Shown one piece after another: positions 27,002 through 37,289 of a DNA stretch of 64,000 nt. Made by a program: the position numbers and the translations under genes. The stretch comes from an uncultured Chitinophaga sp. (GTDB taxonomy: Bacteria > Bacteroidota > Bacteroidia > NS11-12g > UBA955). The stretch lies in assembly GCA_964438995.1 (NCBI GenBank), contig CAYTMQ010000006.1:133208-197207 (forward strand), in the 5' to 3' direction. Under the pieces are notes generated by a model, which saw nothing but the letters and a program-made list of their open reading frames with translations, had not been told where the DNA came from and made no database searches. How positions within the stretch are numbered: the first letter of the stretch is position 1; every line of letters starts with the position of its first letter.

Positions 27002-28057
27002 GTGATAAACAAATTCTTTACAGAACTGGTTGCTGTGATCAACAGATATAAGTTGTATCACGTGCTTTTTTGGATGGTGTATATATTGTCCTGGGCATTG
27101 ATATTTCTATCTGGAACATCTTTTTGGCGAGACGTTTTTAATGCAACTGTATTCATCTCTTTCCATATTATTGTCAGTTACTTTAACAACTACTTTTTAA
27201 TAGAATGGTTTTTGTTTAAACGCAAATATTTAAGCTATCTATTGAGTTTATCACTTTCAGTTTTGCTGATGTGTTTTCCCTTGGCTGTAGCCACATTTAA
27301 GTATATTCCATTAAGCCAAGAAAGTGTATCCAATATTTGGACATTTGATTTTTTTACATATAATTTTCTTTTGATTTTGTTTACTGTATTGCTGACTACT
27401 TCTATAAAGTTGTTTAGGAATTGGTATTTGAAGGAGCAATCCAACAAAGAGCTCCAGAAATTAAATGTTGAAAGTGAATTGAAGTTTTTAAAATCACAGA
27501 TCAATCCCCATTTTTTATTCAACAATTTAAATAACTTGTATGCACTTACATTAAAACAATCTGAATTGGCGCCAGATGCGGTATTAAAATTGTCCAATAT
27601 TTTAAGATTTGGTTTGTATGAAAGTCAGAAACAAAAAGTAGCTATAGAAGACGATATACAGTTTGTTCGCGATTATATAGAATTAGAGAAACTCAGACTA
27701 GGTGATAGAACAGAAATCAATTTAGATGTGCATGGATCTACGTTTGGAAAAATGATTGAACCATTTCTATTCATCAATTTTATAGAGAATGCTTTTAAAC
27801 ACGGAGCGAATCCTAGTTTGGCTAAATCTAAGATAGACATCATGTATGTTATCGATGTTGAGTATAACCGGCTGACATTCAGTATATCAAATACAAAACC
27901 GACCGTTTTAAATGAGTTGGACAAGGCAAAAGTGGGCGGCATTGGTCTAAAAAATGTGCAGACACGTCTGAATATTTTGTATCCTAGTAAGCATGAGCTT
28001 AAAATCGTAGACGAAACAGATAAATATACTGTTACATTAACTCTACAGACAATATGA
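27002..28057 (+). CDS. LytS/YehU-type sensor histidine kinase
   Basis: 351 aa. About 4 TM helices, then LKSQINPHFLFNNLNNLYAL (His_kinase PF06580-type H box) and an HATPase region (FIENAFKHG, GGIGLKNV). Confidence 0.85.
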   Translation: MINKFFTELVAVINRYKLYHVLFWMVYILSWALIFLSGTSFWRDVFNATVFISFHIIVSYFNNYFLIEWFLFKRKYLSYLLSLSLSVLLMCFPLAVATFKYIPLSQESVSNIWTFDFFTYNFLLILFTVLLTTSIKLFRNWYLKEQSNKELQKLNVESELKFLKSQINPHFLFNNLNNLYALTLKQSELAPDAVLKLSNILRFGLYESQKQKVAIEDDIQFVRDYIELEKLRLGDRTEINLDVHGSTFGKMIEPFLFINFIENAFKHGANPSLAKSKIDIMYVIDVEYNRLTFSISNTKPTVLNELDKAKVGGIGLKNVQTRLNILYPSKHELKIVDETDKYTVTLTLQTI

Positions 28058-28773
28058 ACAAAATTCTAAAATGCATTGCAGTGGACGACGAGCCATTGGC
28101 ATTGGAGATTATGGAAGCTCACATTAAAAAATGCGACAATTTAAAATTGATTGCTAAATGTTCTAATGCGATAGAGGCTTCTGAAGCTATCAAACACGAA
28201 AAACCAGACCTAATTTTTTGCGACATCCACATGCCTGAAATCAGTGGTATCGACTTCATGAAATCGCTGCAAAATAGCGGTATTCTTGTCGTCTTTACTA
28301 CAGCTTATACAGAGTATGCAGTTGATGCATTTACTTTGGATGCACTGGACTACCTATTAAAGCCTGTATCTTTTGATAGATTTAAAAAATCTGTTGAAAG
28401 GGCAGAAGAGTACTTCTCTATTAAAAACAAATCTGAACAACCTCAAGCAGAAATGAATGAAGGTTACATGTTTGTAAAAGCAGATTCTAAGATGATCAAA
28501 ATCAACTACGACGAAATTTGGTATGTTGAAGCTTTTGCAGATTATGTGAAAATATACACTGGTGAAGACAAGAGAATCGTGACTTTACAAACCATGAAAA
28601 ATATGGAACAAAGTTTACCGGTTGATAAATTTGCTAGAGTGCACAGAAGTTATATTGTAGCAATAAATAAAGTGTTGGCTATTGGCGCACATGAAGTAAA
28701 AGTTGGTAATAAGAACATTCCGTTAGGAAAGAATTACAAAGACGCTTTTGCTCAGAGAATGCAAATCAAATAA
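28054..28773 (+). CDS. LytTR-family response regulator (canonical receiver)
   Basis: 239 aa. AVDDEP, LIFCDIHMP (phospho-acceptor Asp present), VVFTTAY, YLLKP. LytTR domain with RVHRSYIVAINKV. Confidence 0.9.
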   Translation: MNKILKCIAVDDEPLALEIMEAHIKKCDNLKLIAKCSNAIEASEAIKHEKPDLIFCDIHMPEISGIDFMKSLQNSGILVVFTTAYTEYAVDAFTLDALDYLLKPVSFDRFKKSVERAEEYFSIKNKSEQPQAEMNEGYMFVKADSKMIKINYDEIWYVEAFADYVKIYTGEDKRIVTLQTMKNMEQSLPVDKFARVHRSYIVAINKVLAIGAHEVKVGNKNIPLGKNYKDAFAQRMQIK

Positions 28774-28844
28774 GAAACTGTTTTTCTGTTATAATTGAAA
28801 TTCGTCATTCAAAGTTTTTGTTGAATGATGGCATATTAAGACCA

Positions 28845-28877
28845 TAAAAAAGCCCCGCATTGCGAGGCTTTTTTTAT
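28845..28877. terminator. bidirectional terminator between the response regulator and the giant T9SS cargo gene
   Basis: aaaaaAGCCCCGCATTGCGAGGCTttttttt. A GC-rich imperfect palindrome flanked by A- and T-runs. A second hairpin (TCATTCAA-n8-TTGAATGA) lies at 28804-28828. Confidence 0.65.
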
Positions 28878-28897
28878 TGAGTTTGAAAGCTTGTTGA

Positions 28898-31800
28898 TTA
28901 TCTCAACAATGTTAATGTTCCGTTGTAGTAATGCCACTTCTTGCGGTTGTCTCTCACTTTGATGTGGTAATAGTATATGCCTTGTTCACATTCACTGCCA
29001 TTGTAAGTGCCATCCCAACTGCCAGTATTGTCGTTGCTGTAATACAACCTTTCGCCCCAACGGTTAAAGATGGTTACTTCAACGGTCATAATAGAGGTGA
29101 AGCTTGGTTTCCAAATGTTATTGATTTCATCGTATCCAGTGTTCGGAGTGAAAGCATCTGGAATAAAGATTCTATAAATATCCAATACACGTAATGATTT
29201 CTGAATGGTGTCATTACATAAGTTGTTTGAGTTGTTCGCTATCAATATCACATTGAACACGCCTGTGTCTGAATATGGATGTTGAGGATTTTGAACCACA
29301 TCGGTGCCACCATCGCCAAAGCTCCATTTCCAAGAATAAGCATTTGTCGACTCATCGGTAAAGCTTACAAGTGGTTCAATAATGTCAATCTGACGAGGCA
29401 AATAACTAAAGTCTGCTACCGCTTGCTCGTAAACAGTTATTGTTTGCATTTTAGAGAAGCACACTTTGTTGTTTGATAACACCATTTCAACTCTTCCGGT
29501 GTATGTACCTGCTACAGAATAATTTTTTGGAATATCTGGATGGGTTGCGCCACCAGTTGAAGGTACATTGGTATTGTTAACGCCATCAAAATACCACTTC
29601 CATGTGAATGATGGATTAAGTGGACTCTGAGCTAGAGTTTTTGGATGGAAGAAGGTTGTTGACATAGGCTCACAACCATTCAGTTTTGTGGCTAAAACAC
29701 TATCAGTAACAACTGGAGCAACCCACAATCTGGTTGATGTTGTAACTGGAGCTGAACAGCCATCGCTAACAGTTAATTTGATGTCCATTGAGTTGGTAGG
29801 AACATACGTAATAAAGCTGTTTATAGAATCTATCACTTGATTGTTGGTGATATCTTCCCATCTGTATTTATAACTTTGCACTTTGCCACCAGTTACATTA
29901 GCTGTGAAAGATTTTGATTGACCTCTGCAAAGTTCATCACCAGTGATTGATGTTAATGTCATTGGAACCCTAACCAACAGTCTAAATGTTGTTGAATCTG
30001 TTCTACTGCAATTGTCGTCTCCAACTATTAGATAATCTGTAGAGTTTGCAATAGGCGTAATGTTGAAAGAAGCCTGAGAAGGATTTGTAGTAGAATCTAT
30101 TGCCACATAAGATGAACCATTTTTGCGTTTTAGTACAAATTTAATTGGCAAATTGTCAGCGCTGGTGCCGTTGATTTTTAAGTTGTAAGACTGACCAGTA
30201 CAAATGGTGTCAATTAATGTTGGATTGGTAATGTTTAAGCCAGTTTTAATCTTTATATTGAATTTCTTGCTGACTTGTTGTGTGTTACAAGATTGATTCA
30301 TTCTAATGCTAAAAGATGCATCGTCTGGCACTTTAATATTGAAATATGGATATGATTTACCTTGAGCTGAATCAATTAATACAAAGTTTCCAGTTGTGGT
30401 GTTATAAAGTTTGAATTTATAGCCAGTAGAATCACCGCCTTTTGCTCTAGCATCTACTCTAAAAATTGTGTTTTTACAAACTGGTGATGTAAACATTAAT
30501 GTGTCTATTTTTATACCTGGACGCACATGAACTGTAAATGTTCCACTATCGTTTGGTGCGGTACAACCATCACTTAATACGGCTTTAAATGTGATGTCAT
30601 TGGCGCTCATAGTATAGGTTTTGGATAAACCAGTTCCCAAGCCATTGTCCCATGTAACAACTCTATTTCCTGCAATTCCGCCAGCAACTGTTGCGGCAAA
30701 AGTAATGTCATTGCCTTCGCAAACTATGGTGTCTCTAGGCATTGTTATTTTTAAGCTATCCCCAACTGTTACTTTGATGTATGCGGTATCTGCATAAAAA
30801 TTCCCAGCTCCGTCTCTTGTACAATTATCGGATAGTATCGCTCTGTATGTTGTTGTAACAAGTGGGCTAACTGTTTTTGTAAATCCTGTTCCTAGTCCAT
30901 GGTCCCATGTTACAACGTGGTAGGAAGGTAAACTGCCTTTTGAGAAAGCAGATAATGTGGCAGAAGTTCCACGACATATAGATGTATCATTAGATACACT
31001 TAAAAAGAAACTATCTCTAACATAAATCCTGACTGTATCTCTACTAGGTGTGCAACCTTTATAGGTGGCTGAAACAGTGTACATGGTATCGATTATAGGT
31101 TTTGAAACTGGTTCAAAACATTTGTTGCAATTCAACCATGTTGCTGGTGCAAACGTGTAGTTGGTGTCTCCATCTGTTTTAGATTTTATTGGTAAGCTAT
31201 TGCCCAAGCAAATTGTGGTATCATTCATCAATTTGATGTAAGGCTTTTTGTATACCCTGACTTCGGTTGGTATAGTGTCATCAATGGAGGTTTGACCGTT
31301 ACAAGTTCCGTTAGTAGGACGCTGAGCGATTAATATGACGCTAAATTTACCTGTGTCATTAAATACTTTTGTGAAGTTTTTAACGGTTTTGACAGTTGTT
31401 GAAGACGTTTCTTTGATGATCCATTTCCATGATACACCAGTTGTATTAGATCCTCCAGCATCAAATGGCACCGTAGCGCCTTGACAAACTGTATAAAACA
31501 AACTATCAGGCTCGAAATCGGCACTGCTCTTACCATTTACAAGGGTATAAAAACTTAAAGGTTTGATAGAAGATCCTGCATTAAAGCCATAAGAACCGTG
31601 GTCGCCATATGCATAAAGAATAGCGGAGAAACCATAAGGAGAATAAATATTGTGTTTACCTTGAGTTAAACCATCTTGTTGGATGAAAGAGTAACTGGTA
31701 TCTTTGGTAACTAGATTCCAAGAAGCTGTAGGAGAAGAATTGTCAATTAAGAATGAATTTCTTGTTGATGTTTTAACAATTACGTTTAAGAAGAACTTAT

Positions 31801-32938
31801 TAATGGTTTGTGCATTTTCACAAACGAAGGACAAGCTCTTTAGTGATTGTTCAATAGGAGGTACCCACATCATCATTGGGTCTGTATCTGAGCCGCCAAA
31901 GATTTTATCACAATCTTCAGACTGACCAAATTGACATATTGCTACTGGTTTACTAGCGATGATTAAAGCATTTGAAGTGATAAAGAAGGTATCGGCCATA
32001 CCTGCAGTTGATAGAACTTTCAATCTGCCATTTACTCTAATGGTGGTGGAGTTTTGACTTGTAACCACTCTTATCATATCGGCTCTACGCTGTTTGTTTT
32101 TGGCGTATATTGTTGGAATACAAATGAATTTTTTACCCCACATATTGATAGGGAACATTTGTTCATACAAATGGTCATAAGAGGCACCACATGAGTTGTT
32201 AGCTCCATTCAATACAGATGAACGGGTTGAGCCACCAAATACAGCAATTTTTTTACAGTCTTTTGCTTGAACCAAAGTGCCACTTAAATCGAGTTTATTG
32301 GTATTGGCTTTTACCATGTAGGTTTCACCTTTTTGAAGTGTAACGGTAAATTTGGTGTTAGCAGCATTGCCTCCAGCTGTTTGACATGAAGGTGTAATTT
32401 CTACATCTGTATTGTTTTCAGTTGCAACTATGACAAAACAAGAACGATAACAAGAACTGTTACCGTTTTGGTCGCCCATCCAAGATATAACACGATAGTC
32501 GACACCTAAAGCTTCAATAGGGTATATTAAGCTAGCATCACAAGAGTATGTTTTAGAGTTTTGTGCAGACACTGAAACAGTATCATTGGCTTGAACTATA
32601 AGACCTCGATCTCTATTAGAGCCCGTTTCGGATCCTGTAGTATAACCTTGCGATACTGGCACTAGCACAGTATCTACCCCGCCACCTGTGCCTATAGAAA
32701 ATGGCATAGTGACACCACTTTTGGGATTTTTTACTGTACCAGAAGTGGCTTTGTTGCAACTGATAACTATTTTCAGTTGCGGCGTGGTGTTGTCACTACA
32801 ACCACCTGTGCCACCAAAATTTTCCATAAATGTTAACCAGAATGTTTTACCCAAAGTTGTTAGCTCTTGAGCATTAGAAAGTCTGGGTGACACGAATAGA
32901 AAAACCAGTATAATTATTTTGGTAAATCTTGCGTTCAT
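28898..32938 (-). CDS. very large secreted adhesin-like protein with a T9SS type-B (CHU_C/gliding-associated) C-terminal sorting domain
   Basis: 1346 aa. Signal peptide MNARFTKIIILVFLFVSPRLSNAQ. The N-terminal ~450 aa begin GKTFWLTFMEN (IgGFc-binding-N-like; tentative). About 7 Ig/PKD-like repeats each contain a (T/S/V/L)(I/V)C.G.S motif. PKD signature WSFGDGG. The C-terminus IPDAFTPN...N..W.P...VTIFNRWGERLY...WDGTYNG..C.QGIYYYHI is typical of type-B sorting domains. Confidence 0.85.
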   Translation of the reverse strand: MNARFTKIIILVFLFVSPRLSNAQELTTLGKTFWLTFMENFGGTGGCSDNTTPQLKIVISCNKATSGTVKNPKSGVTMPFSIGTGGGVDTVLVPVSQGYTTGSETGSNRDRGLIVQANDTVSVSAQNSKTYSCDASLIYPIEALGVDYRVISWMGDQNGNSSCYRSCFVIVATENNTDVEITPSCQTAGGNAANTKFTVTLQKGETYMVKANTNKLDLSGTLVQAKDCKKIAVFGGSTRSSVLNGANNSCGASYDHLYEQMFPINMWGKKFICIPTIYAKNKQRRADMIRVVTSQNSTTIRVNGRLKVLSTAGMADTFFITSNALIIASKPVAICQFGQSEDCDKIFGGSDTDPMMMWVPPIEQSLKSLSFVCENAQTINKFFLNVIVKTSTRNSFLIDNSSPTASWNLVTKDTSYSFIQQDGLTQGKHNIYSPYGFSAILYAYGDHGSYGFNAGSSIKPLSFYTLVNGKSSADFEPDSLFYTVCQGATVPFDAGGSNTTGVSWKWIIKETSSTTVKTVKNFTKVFNDTGKFSVILIAQRPTNGTCNGQTSIDDTIPTEVRVYKKPYIKLMNDTTICLGNSLPIKSKTDGDTNYTFAPATWLNCNKCFEPVSKPIIDTMYTVSATYKGCTPSRDTVRIYVRDSFFLSVSNDTSICRGTSATLSAFSKGSLPSYHVVTWDHGLGTGFTKTVSPLVTTTYRAILSDNCTRDGAGNFYADTAYIKVTVGDSLKITMPRDTIVCEGNDITFAATVAGGIAGNRVVTWDNGLGTGLSKTYTMSANDITFKAVLSDGCTAPNDSGTFTVHVRPGIKIDTLMFTSPVCKNTIFRVDARAKGGDSTGYKFKLYNTTTGNFVLIDSAQGKSYPYFNIKVPDDASFSIRMNQSCNTQQVSKKFNIKIKTGLNITNPTLIDTICTGQSYNLKINGTSADNLPIKFVLKRKNGSSYVAIDSTTNPSQASFNITPIANSTDYLIVGDDNCSRTDSTTFRLLVRVPMTLTSITGDELCRGQSKSFTANVTGGKVQSYKYRWEDITNNQVIDSINSFITYVPTNSMDIKLTVSDGCSAPVTTSTRLWVAPVVTDSVLATKLNGCEPMSTTFFHPKTLAQSPLNPSFTWKWYFDGVNNTNVPSTGGATHPDIPKNYSVAGTYTGRVEMVLSNNKVCFSKMQTITVYEQAVADFSYLPRQIDIIEPLVSFTDESTNAYSWKWSFGDGGTDVVQNPQHPYSDTGVFNVILIANNSNNLCNDTIQKSLRVLDIYRIFIPDAFTPNTGYDEINNIWKPSFTSIMTVEVTIFNRWGERLYYSNDNTGSWDGTYNGSECEQGIYYYHIKVRDNRKKWHYYNGTLTLLR

Positions 32939-33190
32939 AAATTTTCAAATACGTTGCTAATTTACAAGTCATTTTATTGATTTTCACTATAATGGTGTAA
33001 AAATATTTTTGTTTTTTTGATAATGTTTGAAAATCAATCAGTTTGTTTTAAAAATGCTGTAAATGATGCAATTTCTGAGATAAATGATGTTTTTTTATCG
33101 ACTAACGTATTTATTTTAATTGTATGTGGTTTTATGTCTGAAATTCAGTTAGTTGCAAATTTGGGTGTATGTTTCTACCCTTCTAGTATG

Positions 33191-33198
33191 TATATTTG
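33191..33198 (+). promoter_or_regulatory. candidate -7 box (TATATTTG)
   Basis: Perfect TAnnTTTG match 22 nt upstream of ATG 33220. Confidence 0.45.
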
Positions 33199-33219
33199 CA
33201 GAAAATTATTTTATACTAC

Positions 33220-34485
33220 ATGGATTCTGGTCCTCTGGTCATTCTCATCACATTAATCTGCTCGGCGTTCTTTTCTGGAATCGAAATAGCTTTTATTTCG
33301 TCGAACAAACTTCGAATTGAACTTCAAAATAAGCAAGGGGTTTGGACGGCAAAAATTTTGGCTTGGTACATGAAAGATCCATCAAGATTTATTAGTACCA
33401 CTCTTATCGGAAACAACATTTCTTTGGTTGTTTATGGTATTGTTAGTGGTAGATTGCTTGATGAATTTCTAATTATATACATCACCGACACTTTCTGGCG
33501 CTTTGTGGTTATTACAATTTTGTCAACTTTGTTAGTGCTGATAACTGCCGAATTTTTACCTAAAGCATTGTTTAGATTGAACCCTGATTTTATTCTCAAT
33601 ACTTTAATTTTACCTTTCCATATATCCTATTTTCTCCTTTGGCCTATAGTTACTTTTATCACATTTGTTTCAAAAGCCATAATAAGATTGTTGACAGGTG
33701 AGAAAACCGTCGCCTCTCAGCCGGTATTTAATAGGGTAGATTTAGACCATTTGATTTCTCAAACTGGTCAAATTGAGCTAGACAATGACACCAATTTAAG
33801 TACAGAAATGTTTAAAAATGCACTTGATTTTGGGTCTTTGAAAGTAAGAGATTGCATGGTGCCTCGTACCGAAATAACGGCTATTGATGAGGGTTCAACT
33901 ATCGAAGAATTGTATCATTTATTCTTAGAATCTAGACATTCTAAAATCCCTGTTTTTAGAGATTCTATTGATAACATTGTTGGGTATGCTCACCAAGTGC
34001 ATATGTTTAAAAAACCTAACAACATCAAAGCTGCCACTATGCCAATTCTAATTACCAATGAAAGCAGAGGTTTGCACGATCAACTAAAAGAAATGACTCA
34101 AAAAAGCAGAAGCATGGCTGTGGTAGTAGATGAGTTTGGTGGAACTGCTGGTATCATAACCATAGAAGATATCATAGAAGAAATTTTTGGTGAAATTGAT
34201 GATGAGTATGACGTTGAAGAGTTGGTTGAAACCAAAATTAATGACAAACATTTTATTTTAAGCGGTAGACATACTATCGAGTATTTGAACGAGACCTATG
34301 AGCTGAACATTCCAAATGGAGATTACGAAACTTTAGGTGGATATATCATCAGTATATACGGCAATATTCCTGAAGAAAAGGAAATTGTTTTAACGGATAG
34401 ATTTGAATTGACGATTCGCTCTGTTAAGCAGGCAAGAATTGAAGAAGTTGAATTGAGACAAACAAATTCAAGCAGCAATGAGTAA
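33220..34485 (+). CDS. CNNM/CorC-HlyC family (DUF21-CBS-CorC) membrane protein, GldE-like
   Basis: DUF21 TM region (FFSGIEIAFISSNKLRIE), a CBS pair and a CorC_HlyC C-terminus. ATG 33220 (MDSGPLVIL...) is preferred over TTG 33196, which overlaps the -7 box. Whether this is the true gliding GldE orthologue cannot be decided here. Confidence 0.8.
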   Translation: MDSGPLVILITLICSAFFSGIEIAFISSNKLRIELQNKQGVWTAKILAWYMKDPSRFISTTLIGNNISLVVYGIVSGRLLDEFLIIYITDTFWRFVVITILSTLLVLITAEFLPKALFRLNPDFILNTLILPFHISYFLLWPIVTFITFVSKAIIRLLTGEKTVASQPVFNRVDLDHLISQTGQIELDNDTNLSTEMFKNALDFGSLKVRDCMVPRTEITAIDEGSTIEELYHLFLESRHSKIPVFRDSIDNIVGYAHQVHMFKKPNNIKAATMPILITNESRGLHDQLKEMTQKSRSMAVVVDEFGGTAGIITIEDIIEEIFGEIDDEYDVEELVETKINDKHFILSGRHTIEYLNETYELNIPNGDYETLGGYIISIYGNIPEEKEIVLTDRFELTIRSVKQARIEEVELRQTNSSSNE

Positions 34486-34906
34486 AATTCTTTTGATACA
34501 TGGTCCTAATCTTAATTTACTGGGTATTAGAGAGCCTGAGAAATATGGATATGCCACTTCAGAAGACATTTTTAAACATTTAAAAGCGACATATTCTGTC
34601 AATAAAATTGACTATTTTCAGTCGAATGCTGAAGCAGATATTGTCAATGCCATTCAACAATCTAAAGCTCAATACGACGGCATTTTAATAAATGCTGGAG
34701 CATTGTCTCATACATCAATAGCCATTGCAGATGCCATTAAATCTGTAAATCTACCTTGTATGGCAATTCATATTACCAATATTTATCATAGAGAAGATTA
34801 TAGACACATAGACATTGTTGGAGATGCCTGTGTTGGCGCCATAGTTGGCTTAGGTGTAGAAGGCTATGATTTAGCGATTGAAACGCTTTTAGATTATATC
34901 TCTTAA
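34478..34906 (+). CDS. aroQ: type II 3-dehydroquinate dehydratase
   Basis: 142 aa. ILLIHGPNLNLLGIREPEKYG ... INAGALSHTSIA ... HITNIYHRE. Confidence 0.92.
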   Translation: MSKILLIHGPNLNLLGIREPEKYGYATSEDIFKHLKATYSVNKIDYFQSNAEADIVNAIQQSKAQYDGILINAGALSHTSIAIADAIKSVNLPCMAIHITNIYHREDYRHIDIVGDACVGAIVGLGVEGYDLAIETLLDYIS

Positions 34907-36168
34907 TCTTCTAAAACCAGTTGAGCAGTTTGACCGAGCATCTGTCTTAATAAGATGTTCTTATTAGCGTAAAGACTTGGTAATTCAACTTCATTGCCAC
35001 CATTGTAAACAGTTAATAAGGTACAATTAGGTTTGCTGTTAATGGTAAATTCAGATTCAAGATATTTTTTTAATTCATCTATTTTGTCTTCTTTGGTATC
35101 ACAACATGCCGAGAAACTAATTGCAGAATTTTGCATCACATTGATTCTAACTTTGTGTATAGCAAATGCCTCAAAAATCTGACTCAAATTGTCTTCAGCT
35201 ATAAACGAATAGTTCTTTGTAGATATAGACAACAATGTTTGATTGTCTTTAATGATGTAACACTCATCAGAAAGTTGAGAAGCGGTATTATTTACAACAG
35301 TACCAATATCATTTATATTAACAAATGAGTTGACAAACAGAGAAATGTTTTTGCTTTTTAGTGGTTGTATGGTTTTAGGGTGAATAACTGATGCTCCATA
35401 ATAAGCCAATTCAATGGCTTGATTGTAATTGATGGCATCCAGTTTAACAGCTTTTTCAAATTTTTTAGGATCTGCATTCATCACACCAGCAACGTCTTTC
35501 CAAATGGTAACATCTTTGGCATCTAAGCAATAGGCAAATATCGCTGCTGTGTAGTCAGATCCCTCTCTGCCAAGTGTAGTGGTATTGTTTTGTTCGTCTC
35601 TTCCTATGAAACCTTGAGTTATGACAACGCTTCTATCTACGTAAGGTTTTAAGATTCTTGTAACAGTTTCTTCAGTTTCAGCCCATTTCACTCTACCTTC
35701 TCTAAAGTTGTTATCTGTTTGTATGAAATTTCTAGCATCCACCCATTTGTTTCTAATCTCGATGCTTTGAAGGTAGTCACTAACAATTCTAGTAGACAGC
35801 AATTCGCCGTAGCAAATGATGCCATCGTATATCTCGTCGTATGATGTATTTGGGAATTTCTTTTCAACGATGCATTCCAATTCCATAAACAAATCTTCTA
35901 AATCTGAGAAGATGTGGTGCTTTGGGTCGTTAATCAAATCGCCAGCAATGTTAAAATGGAAGTCTTTTAATTCTTTGATGATGTCGTGTTTTTTGTTGTC
36001 GTTCTTCCAAAATGCCATAACCAATTCTTCTAATTTATTGGTTGATTTGCCCATTGCAGAGATCACAACCAATAATTTTTCGCTAGAAAACTGAGCAATA
36101 ATGCGGCCTACATTCCTTACTGCCTCTGCATCTTTAACAGATGCGCCACCAAATTTGAAGACTTTCAT
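34903..36168 (-). CDS. aspartate kinase
   Basis: 421 aa. MKVFKFGGASV, VVISAMGKSTN, GREGSDYTAA and C-terminal ACT-like regions. Its stop overlaps the aroQ stop (shared TTAA). Confidence 0.9.
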   Translation of the reverse strand: MKVFKFGGASVKDAEAVRNVGRIIAQFSSEKLLVVISAMGKSTNKLEELVMAFWKNDNKKHDIIKELKDFHFNIAGDLINDPKHHIFSDLEDLFMELECIVEKKFPNTSYDEIYDGIICYGELLSTRIVSDYLQSIEIRNKWVDARNFIQTDNNFREGRVKWAETEETVTRILKPYVDRSVVITQGFIGRDEQNNTTTLGREGSDYTAAIFAYCLDAKDVTIWKDVAGVMNADPKKFEKAVKLDAINYNQAIELAYYGASVIHPKTIQPLKSKNISLFVNSFVNINDIGTVVNNTASQLSDECYIIKDNQTLLSISTKNYSFIAEDNLSQIFEAFAIHKVRINVMQNSAISFSACCDTKEDKIDELKKYLESEFTINSKPNCTLLTVYNGGNEVELPSLYANKNILLRQMLGQTAQLVLED

Positions 36169-36178
36169 TCTTTATGAT

Positions 36179-36186
36179 TATTTTTG
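36179..36186 (+). promoter_or_regulatory. candidate -7 box (TATTTTTG)
   Basis: TAnnTTTG match 22 nt upstream of ATG 36208. Confidence 0.4.
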
Positions 36187-36207
36187 CAAAAATAAAATAG
36201 AGTGCTC

Positions 36208-37203
36208 ATGAAAAAAAATAACATCGTTACTTTAAATCAATTTATCTCCGACCAACAGAATGAGTTTCCTTATGTACAAGGTAATTTATCTAGAATTTTT
36301 AGAGATTTACAACTAGCTGCTAAAATGATCAACAGAGACGTGCGCAAAGCAGGTTTGATTGATATTTTAGGCAATTTTGGGGAGACCAATGTGCAAGGTG
36401 AAGAACAAAAAAAGCTAGATGTTATAAGTAATGAGGTGTTCATGGGATTAATGGATATGAGTGGTGCTTGTGTTTGTGTCGTTTCAGAAGAAGACGAGGG
36501 TATTCACTGGTGTCCAGATGGTAAAGATGCTAAATATATATTGGCAATTGATCCTTTGGATGGTTCATCAAATATTGATGTGAACGCATCTATCGGGTCT
36601 ATTTTTTCAATATACAAACGTTTGTCATTGGATAAGCCAGTAACCGAAGAAGATATATTGCAAAAGGGAGTTCAACAAGTAGCTGCTGGGTATGTGATTT
36701 ATGGAACGGCTACTATGTTTGTGTATACAACAGGTAATGGTGTAAACGGATTTACACTAGATGATTCTATCCAAGAATTCTGTTTGTCACATCCAAATAT
36801 TATGACACCAAAAACTGGTAGTATTTTTTCAGTGAATGAGGGTAACTTAAATGAGTTTCCTCAAGGTGTTATTGATTACATCAATTGGTGTAAAGGAAAT
36901 AACAAGGAAGAGAAACGTCCATATTCTGCTAGATATATTGGCTCATTAATAGCCGACTTCCACAGAAACTTATTAAAAGGTGGTGTTTATATTTATCCTC
37001 CAACAAAGAAGGCTCCAAATGGTAAATTGAGATTGTTATACGAATGCAATCCAATGTCTTTCTTGGTAGAGCAAGCTGGAGGAAAAGCCAGCAGTGGAAC
37101 AGAGAGAATCATGGAGATTCAGCCTACAGAGTTTCACCAAAGAACACCCATCATCATTGGTTCAACAGAAATGGTCGACCAAGTTTTGTCGATGATGAAG
37201 TAA
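36208..37203 (+). CDS. fbp: class 1 fructose-1,6-bisphosphatase
   Basis: LTLNQFI..., IDPLDGSSNID, VNEGN, ARYIGSLIADFHRNLLKGGVY, and LRLLYECNPMSFLVEQAGG. Confidence 0.92.
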   Translation: MKKNNIVTLNQFISDQQNEFPYVQGNLSRIFRDLQLAAKMINRDVRKAGLIDILGNFGETNVQGEEQKKLDVISNEVFMGLMDMSGACVCVVSEEDEGIHWCPDGKDAKYILAIDPLDGSSNIDVNASIGSIFSIYKRLSLDKPVTEEDILQKGVQQVAAGYVIYGTATMFVYTTGNGVNGFTLDDSIQEFCLSHPNIMTPKTGSIFSVNEGNLNEFPQGVIDYINWCKGNNKEEKRPYSARYIGSLIADFHRNLLKGGVYIYPPTKKAPNGKLRLLYECNPMSFLVEQAGGKASSGTERIMEIQPTEFHQRTPIIIGSTEMVDQVLSMMK

Positions 37204-37222
37204 ATATTCAATACATATTTGC

Positions 37223-37260
37223 AACCTGCATTCATTAAAAATGGATGCAGGTTTTTTTTT
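37223..37260 (+). terminator. rho-independent terminator of fbp
   Basis: AACCTGCAT-n13-ATGCAGGTT followed by a T-run of 9. Confidence 0.8.
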
Positions 37261-37289
37261 AGGGTTCAGTTTGGTTTATTAAATGGTGA

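Noticed and set aside
33017-33256. 79-aa plus-strand ORF upstream of and overlapping the GldE-like gene
   Set aside because: It spans the intergenic promoter region, including the TATATTTG -7 box, and runs out of frame into the CNNM gene. No features of a real protein are visible.
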